NCBI GenBank assembly: GCA_964509045.1
Contig: CAZDYB010000001.1
Coordinates: forward strand, 5,083 to 31,268
Direction: 5' to 3'
DNA length: 26,186 nt
Origin: an uncultured Akkermansia sp.
GTDB taxonomy: Bacteria; Verrucomicrobiota; Verrucomicrobiia; Limisphaerales; UBA9464
This document shows, piece by piece, positions 17,781 through 22,997 of the stretch (within the stretch, counting starts at the first letter, position 1; each line of letters starts with the position of its first letter). Both the position numbers and the translations under genes were made by a program. A model generated the notes under the pieces. It was given only the letters and a program-made list of their open reading frames with translations. It was not told the DNA's origin and ran no database searches.

Positions 17781-18531
17781 ATCCGACCTGCCCGAACTCT
17801 CGCCCGAGGAGGTCGCCACCTACGAATGGCAGTCCGATGTCTCCGGCTTCAGCGAATCCGCACAACGCCGCCTGAAGGGCGCTTCCGTCCTCGTCTCCCG
17901 CGTCGGTGGCCTCGGGGGGATGGTCGCCTTCGAACTCGCCGCCGCCGGTGTCGGCCGCCTCATCCTCGCCCATGGCGGCCTGCTCCGGCCCTCCGACCTC
18001 AATCGCCAACTCCTGATGACCCATGATCACATCGGGAAACCCCGCATCGACAGCGCCGTCGCCCGCCTCAAGGCCCTCAACCCACGCCTCGACATCATCG
18101 CCGAACCCCACAACATCCAACCCGACAACGCCGCCCGCCTCGTCGCCCAGGCCGATGTCGTCGTCGATTGCGCCCCGCTCTTCTCCGAACGGTATCTCCT
18201 CAATCACCACGCCATGGCCCTCCGCAAACCCATGGTCGAGGCCGCCGTCCATGACTTCGATCTCCACCTGACTTCCTTCATCCCCGGTCGTTCCGGCTGT
18301 CTCCGCTGTCTCTACCCCCAACCCAGCACCACCTGGACCCGTCGCTTCCCCGTCCTCGGCGCCGTTCCCGGTGTCGCCGGCTCCCTCGCCGCCCTCGAAA
18401 CCATCAAACTCATCACCGGGATCACTCCCACCCTCGAATCCCGCCTCCTGACCTGGGATCTGCGTTCCTATCGTGTGAAAATGCTGCGACTCCACCGGAT
18501 TGTGGATTGTCCGGACTGCGGCGCCTTGTAG
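17746..18531 (+). CDS. hesA: HesA-type ThiF/MoeB family protein with degenerate nucleotide-binding motifs, up to 261 aa
   Basis: VGGLGG, SDLNRQ, VVDCA, CLRC and CPDC zinc pairs. LILAHGG..RQLLMTHDHIGKPR and KPMVEAA resemble the HesA subgroup. Alternative GTG start at 17773. Confidence 0.82.
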   Translation: MATSNPVPSVPESDLPELSPEEVATYEWQSDVSGFSESAQRRLKGASVLVSRVGGLGGMVAFELAAAGVGRLILAHGGLLRPSDLNRQLLMTHDHIGKPRIDSAVARLKALNPRLDIIAEPHNIQPDNAARLVAQADVVVDCAPLFSERYLLNHHAMALRKPMVEAAVHDFDLHLTSFIPGRSGCLRCLYPQPSTTWTRRFPVLGAVPGVAGSLAALETIKLITGITPTLESRLLTWDLRSYRVKMLRLHRIVDCPDCGAL

Positions 18532-18545
18532 TCTCCCAGGTCGAA

Positions 18546-19733
18546 ATGTCGGGGCGCCTCTTCATCCTCCTGCTGGGACTCATCCTCGCGATCAGTCCGC
18601 ATTCCTTCGCCGTTGCCTGCCGTTATTCGGTGCGCGACACCGGCTTCATCGACCTCGGCACCTCCGCCTACCGACTCGAACTGGTCGCTGATCCCGCCTT
18701 CCCCAACGCCCTCCGCCAGACCTTCCAGCAAGCCGCCGCCGCACTGCTCCTCGATTCCAACATCTCCTTCGATCCCAATGGCCCCACCCCAGCTCCCGGC
18801 ATGGGCCCCGGCCTGCGCCTCGTCGATTCCGACCGGCGCTCCCTCAACATCGCCCAACTCGATCCCTCCGCCCCAGCCGACGCCCTTCGCCTCCTCGAAT
18901 CCGTCGCCTCCTCCCCTGCCCGCGACCGACTCTTCCGCGAAACCCTTCGCGCCTACGCCGTTGTCCTGTTGATCGAAGGGTCCGATTCCACCGCGAACCA
19001 AGACGCACGCGACGCCGCCCAGGCCGCCATCGAGGCCATCACCCGACTCCTGCCCACCATGGCCAAGCCCATGGATGTCCCACCCGTCCTCCTCAGCCTT
19101 TCGACCGCTGAACAGGCCGCCGAATCCGTCCTGCTCTGGGGTCTCGGCTTCGACCCCGCCCCCACCGATTCACCCCGCATGGCCCTGGTCTTCGGTCGCG
19201 GTCGTCGTCTCGGTTCCACTCTCGAAGGCCCGCTCATCACCCAGACCGCCCTCCGCGAACGCCTCGTCCTCATCGGCCAGGATTGCGAATGCGAACTCGA
19301 CCGCGCCTGGCTCAGCGGCCCCCTCCTCCCCGGCCGATGGGATCGAACCCTCCAGCAAACCGCCGCACGCACCCTCGGTTTCGACCCCGAAAACCCCGTC
19401 GTCCGCGCCGAAGTCAGCCGGATCATCGAACGGGGTCCCCAGGCCAACCAACGCAAACGCACCCCCGCCACCTCCCAGGCACTCGGCTATTCCGAGGAAT
19501 CCATCGAGGAACCCCTCGTCGACTCCTCCGATTCCACCCCTCCAACCGATCCCACCGACACTTCCGAGGTCGTCACAACTCCTGGCCCGCCGGCTTCCAT
19601 CGGAGTTCTCCCGGCTGGATCCGCTGCGGCGGAATCCTCTGGCGCCCGACGCGCCTGGATCGCCCTCGCCGGTGCCATCACCGCCGCCCTCGCCGCCGGC
19701 ACCTGGCTCTTCTTCCGGTCTTCCTCCCGATGA
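18546..19733 (+). CDS. Secreted, C-terminally membrane-anchored hypothetical protein, 395 aa
   Basis: ATG 18546; signal peptide MSGRLFILLLGLILAISPHSFAVA, then CRYSVRDTGF; DCEC motif; acidic Pro/Thr linker; TM AWIALAGAITAALAAGTWLFF. Confidence 0.82.
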   Translation: MSGRLFILLLGLILAISPHSFAVACRYSVRDTGFIDLGTSAYRLELVADPAFPNALRQTFQQAAAALLLDSNISFDPNGPTPAPGMGPGLRLVDSDRRSLNIAQLDPSAPADALRLLESVASSPARDRLFRETLRAYAVVLLIEGSDSTANQDARDAAQAAIEAITRLLPTMAKPMDVPPVLLSLSTAEQAAESVLLWGLGFDPAPTDSPRMALVFGRGRRLGSTLEGPLITQTALRERLVLIGQDCECELDRAWLSGPLLPGRWDRTLQQTAARTLGFDPENPVVRAEVSRIIERGPQANQRKRTPATSQALGYSEESIEEPLVDSSDSTPPTDPTDTSEVVTTPGPPASIGVLPAGSAAAESSGARRAWIALAGAITAALAAGTWLFFRSSSR

Positions 19734-20884
19734 TCTCCCCGGTCTCCCTCATCCTCCGCGAACTCCGGCATCACCGGTTCAATGCCGGGCTCGCCCTGTT
19801 CGCCCTGACCGCCGCAGTCGCCCTGCTCGTCGTCGTCCGTCTGCTCACCACCGCCGCCGAACGCGAGACCCGGCGCGTGGTCCGCGATCTCGGATTCAAT
19901 CTCCGCATCATTCCGCGCGACACCGATCCCGAGCAGTTCTTCCTCACGGGTTACTCCTCCGGAACCCTGCCAGCCGACTCCGTCCAACGCCTCGCCGCCG
20001 GTGCCGGTACTTTCCTGAGCTTCAATCACCTCACGCCTTCCCTCGAACGCCGCATCCAACTCGAAGGCCGTGAAGCCCTCCTCACCGGACTCGGTCGCGC
20101 CGTCGTCGGCCCCGGCGAAGGCAAACAGCCCATGGGCTTCAACATCCCCGATGGCAAGGCCTACGTCGGTCATGTGCTCGCCCAACGTCTCCAGGCCAAA
20201 CCCGGCCTCGCCCTGAATGTCCAGGGACGCGCCCTCGCCGTGGAACGGGTCCTGGTCGAGGCCGGCACCGATGACGACATCCGACTCTTCACTTCCCTCG
20301 GCGATGCCCAGGCCATCCTCGGGCTTCCCGACCGCATCAGTGAGATCAAGGCCATCGATTGCCTCTGCCTCACCGCCGATCAGGATCCGCTCACCCAACT
20401 GCGGCAGGCACTCGAAAAGCTCCTGCCCGAAGCCCGCGTCCTCCAGATGCGCACCATGGCCGATGCCCGCGCCCGGCAACGTCAGGCCGCCGAACGCGTC
20501 GCCGCCTTCGCCGTTCCCCTCACCCTGCTCGTCGCCGCCGCCTGGACCTGCACCCTCGCCATCCTCAACGTCCGGCATCGCCGACAGGAACTCGGCCTCT
20601 GGCGCGCCCTCGGCATCAGCTCCTCCCGCATCGCCTTCCTTTTCCTCGGCAAAGCCATCCTCCTCGGCCTCGTCGCCGCCCTCCTCGGTTACCTCGCCGG
20701 CACCGGCATCGCCCTCAGCTTCGGTCCACGCCTGTTCCCCGTCACCGCCGCCGGCATCCGACCCGAACATCTCCTCCTGCCCTGGGCCCTCCTCCTCGCC
20801 CCCGGCTTCGCCGCCCTCGCCTCGTTCCTTCCGGCCATGATCGCCGTCACCCAGGACCCCGCCGAAACCCTCCGCGCAGATTGA
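19730..20884 (+). CDS. FtsX/MacB-type (type VII) ABC permease, 384 aa
   Basis: ATGA overlap; N-terminal TM, large periplasmic domain, then RHRRQELGLWRALG and three C-terminal TMs ending QDPAETLRAD. Confidence 0.9.
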   Translation: MISPVSLILRELRHHRFNAGLALFALTAAVALLVVVRLLTTAAERETRRVVRDLGFNLRIIPRDTDPEQFFLTGYSSGTLPADSVQRLAAGAGTFLSFNHLTPSLERRIQLEGREALLTGLGRAVVGPGEGKQPMGFNIPDGKAYVGHVLAQRLQAKPGLALNVQGRALAVERVLVEAGTDDDIRLFTSLGDAQAILGLPDRISEIKAIDCLCLTADQDPLTQLRQALEKLLPEARVLQMRTMADARARQRQAAERVAAFAVPLTLLVAAAWTCTLAILNVRHRRQELGLWRALGISSSRIAFLFLGKAILLGLVAALLGYLAGTGIALSFGPRLFPVTAAGIRPEHLLLPWALLLAPGFAALASFLPAMIAVTQDPAETLRAD

Positions 20885-21576
20885 CCGTGATCTCCTGCTC
20901 CCATCTCACCCGCCAGTTCGCCACCCGACCCGGCATGGTCGCAGGTCTCATCGATGTCTCCCTCGACATCGACCGCGGCGAATTCGTCGTCGTCCAGGGC
21001 CCCAGTGGCTGCGGCAAATCCACCCTGCTCCTCTCCCTCGCCGGCATGCTCCGACCCGATTCCGGCACCATCACCGTCGATGGAATCAATCCCTACTCCC
21101 TGTCCACCGCCGACCGTTCCCGGTTCCGCGCCCGCTCCATCGGGTTCGTCTTCCAACTCTTCCACCTCATCCCCTACCTCGACGTCCGCCACAACATCCT
21201 CGCCGGTCTTCCCACCACGTCCCCAGAGGCTGTCGCCCGCGTCGAAGACTGGATCCGGGATCTCGGCCTGACCGATCGTCAGGACGCCTTCCCCACCACC
21301 CTCAGCGCCGGCGAACGCCAGCGCGTCGCCCTCGCCCGCGCCCTCGCCAAACAACCCCCGATCATCCTCGCCGACGAACCCACCGGCAGCCTCGATCCCG
21401 CCAACAGCGCCATTGTCTTCAACCAACTCAACGCCTTCCGCCACGCCGGCGGCACCGTCGTCGTGGTCACCCACGGGCACGAAGCCCATCCCTTCGCCAC
21501 CCGCATCCTCCGACTCGAGGCCGGCCGCATCGTCTCCTCCCTTTCCTCCACCCCGAAACCCCTGATCGCCTCGTGA
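20881..21576 (+). CDS. LolD/MacB-like ABC ATP-binding protein, about 231 aa
   Basis: TTG 20881 (or GTG 20887); GPSGCGKST, IGFVFQLFHLIP, LSAGERQRV, ILADEPTGSLD, VVTH. Confidence 0.93.
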   Translation: MTVISCSHLTRQFATRPGMVAGLIDVSLDIDRGEFVVVQGPSGCGKSTLLLSLAGMLRPDSGTITVDGINPYSLSTADRSRFRARSIGFVFQLFHLIPYLDVRHNILAGLPTTSPEAVARVEDWIRDLGLTDRQDAFPTTLSAGERQRVALARALAKQPPIILADEPTGSLDPANSAIVFNQLNAFRHAGGTVVVVTHGHEAHPFATRILRLEAGRIVSSLSSTPKPLIAS

Positions 21577-22997
21577 AACCGTTCCACCCCCTCCTCTTCC
21601 TCCTCGGCTCGCTCGCCTGCGTCCAGGCATCCGATTGGCCCACTTATCGCGGCGATTATTCCCGCAGCGGTGTCTCGCCCGATCCCCTTCCGCCCCGCCT
21701 CACCGAGGCCTGGTCCTGGCAATCCATCCATCCACCCCAACCCGCCTGGCAGGGCGAAGCCAAGTGGGACGGCTGGAACAAGGTCTTCAACATGAAGCCG
21801 CGCCAGACCTTCGACCGCGCCTTCCATGTCGCCGTCGCCGGCGGCAGGGTGTTCTTCGGTTCTTCCTCCGATGACCAGGTCCGCTGTCTCGACGCCCGCT
21901 CCGGCAAGCTGCTCTGGACCTTCCACACCGAGGGCCCCGTCCGTCTCGCCCCCACCGTCCAGGACGGTCGCGCCTTCTTCGGTTCCGATGACGGCTGCAT
22001 CTATTCCGTGGACGCGGATTCAGGCAAGCTCGCCTGGAAGGTCCGCGCCACCCCAAAGGATCGCCGCATCCCCGGCAATGGCCGCATGATCTCCGCCTGG
22101 CCCGTCCGCACCTCCATCGTCGTCCAGGACAACACCCTCTACACCACCGCCGGCATGTTCCCCGTGGAAGGCGTCCACCTCGTCGCCCTCGATGCCAGCA
22201 ATGGCTCCGAGAAATGGCGCCAGATCCAGAACGATCTCCCCGCCCAGGGCTATCTCCTCGCCTCCCGTTCCCGCCTCTATATCCCCGCCGGTCGCGACAA
22301 CCCCGCCGTGTGCGACATCGGGTCCGGCAAACGCATCCGCGTCGTCGAGGGCGCCGGTGGCACCTACGCCCTCCTCACCGATGACATGCTCGTCTTCGGC
22401 CCCGGCAAGACCGGTCAACTCGGGGCCGTCGAGGAAGGACGCTCCGACCAGCTCGCCAGCTTCCAGGGCAACCACATGATCGTCACCCCGGAACGGTCCT
22501 TCCTCCATTCCGACACCGAACTCACCGCCCTCGACCGCGCCCGTTACCTCGCCCTCGCCCGCGAACGCAAACAGCTCGGGACCGAACAGGCCGCCCTCAA
22601 CAAGAAACTCAAGGCCCTCGGCAACAAGGCCGGCACGGAATCCGAACGCGACTCCCTCAAGACCCAACTCGCCGACCTCGGCAAACGCATCGACGCCGCC
22701 ACCCAGGGCATGGACCAATGCCAGCTCTGGCGCTCCCCTTCCTCCTGGCAACATTGTCTCGTCCTCGCCGGCACCACCCTCGTCGCCGGTGGCACCGACG
22801 AAGTCGCCGCCCTCAATGCCACCGATGGCTCCCTCGCCTGGCGGCATCCCGTCCGCGGTCGCGCCTATGGCATCGCCGCATCCGACGGCGCCCTCTTCAT
22901 CAGCACCGACCAGGGAACCATCCATTGCCTCCGCACCGGCACCACCCAGGCCTCCCTCTCAACCCCCACCACCGCTTCCACGGAGATCTCCCGATGA
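21573..22997 (+). CDS. Secreted PQQ-like/BamB-like beta-propeller protein, 474 aa
   Basis: GTG start overlapping the previous stop; signal peptide; DWPTYRGD; repeated LDAxSGKxxW blades (LDARSGKLLW, VDADSGKLAW, LDASNGSEKW, LNATDGSLAW). Confidence 0.88.
   Translation: MKPFHPLLFLLGSLACVQASDWPTYRGDYSRSGVSPDPLPPRLTEAWSWQSIHPPQPAWQGEAKWDGWNKVFNMKPRQTFDRAFHVAVAGGRVFFGSSSDDQVRCLDARSGKLLWTFHTEGPVRLAPTVQDGRAFFGSDDGCIYSVDADSGKLAWKVRATPKDRRIPGNGRMISAWPVRTSIVVQDNTLYTTAGMFPVEGVHLVALDASNGSEKWRQIQNDLPAQGYLLASRSRLYIPAGRDNPAVCDIGSGKRIRVVEGAGGTYALLTDDMLVFGPGKTGQLGAVEEGRSDQLASFQGNHMIVTPERSFLHSDTELTALDRARYLALARERKQLGTEQAALNKKLKALGNKAGTESERDSLKTQLADLGKRIDAATQGMDQCQLWRSPSSWQHCLVLAGTTLVAGGTDEVAALNATDGSLAWRHPVRGRAYGIAASDGALFISTDQGTIHCLRTGTTQASLSTPTTASTEISR

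Noticed and set aside
3851-22993. N-terminal extensions in the ORF track (starts 3851, 5118, 6182, 18507, 19283, 20359, 22718)
   Set aside because: They overlap upstream genes and encode Arg/Pro-rich junk. Downstream starts give signal peptides or stop-start overlaps.
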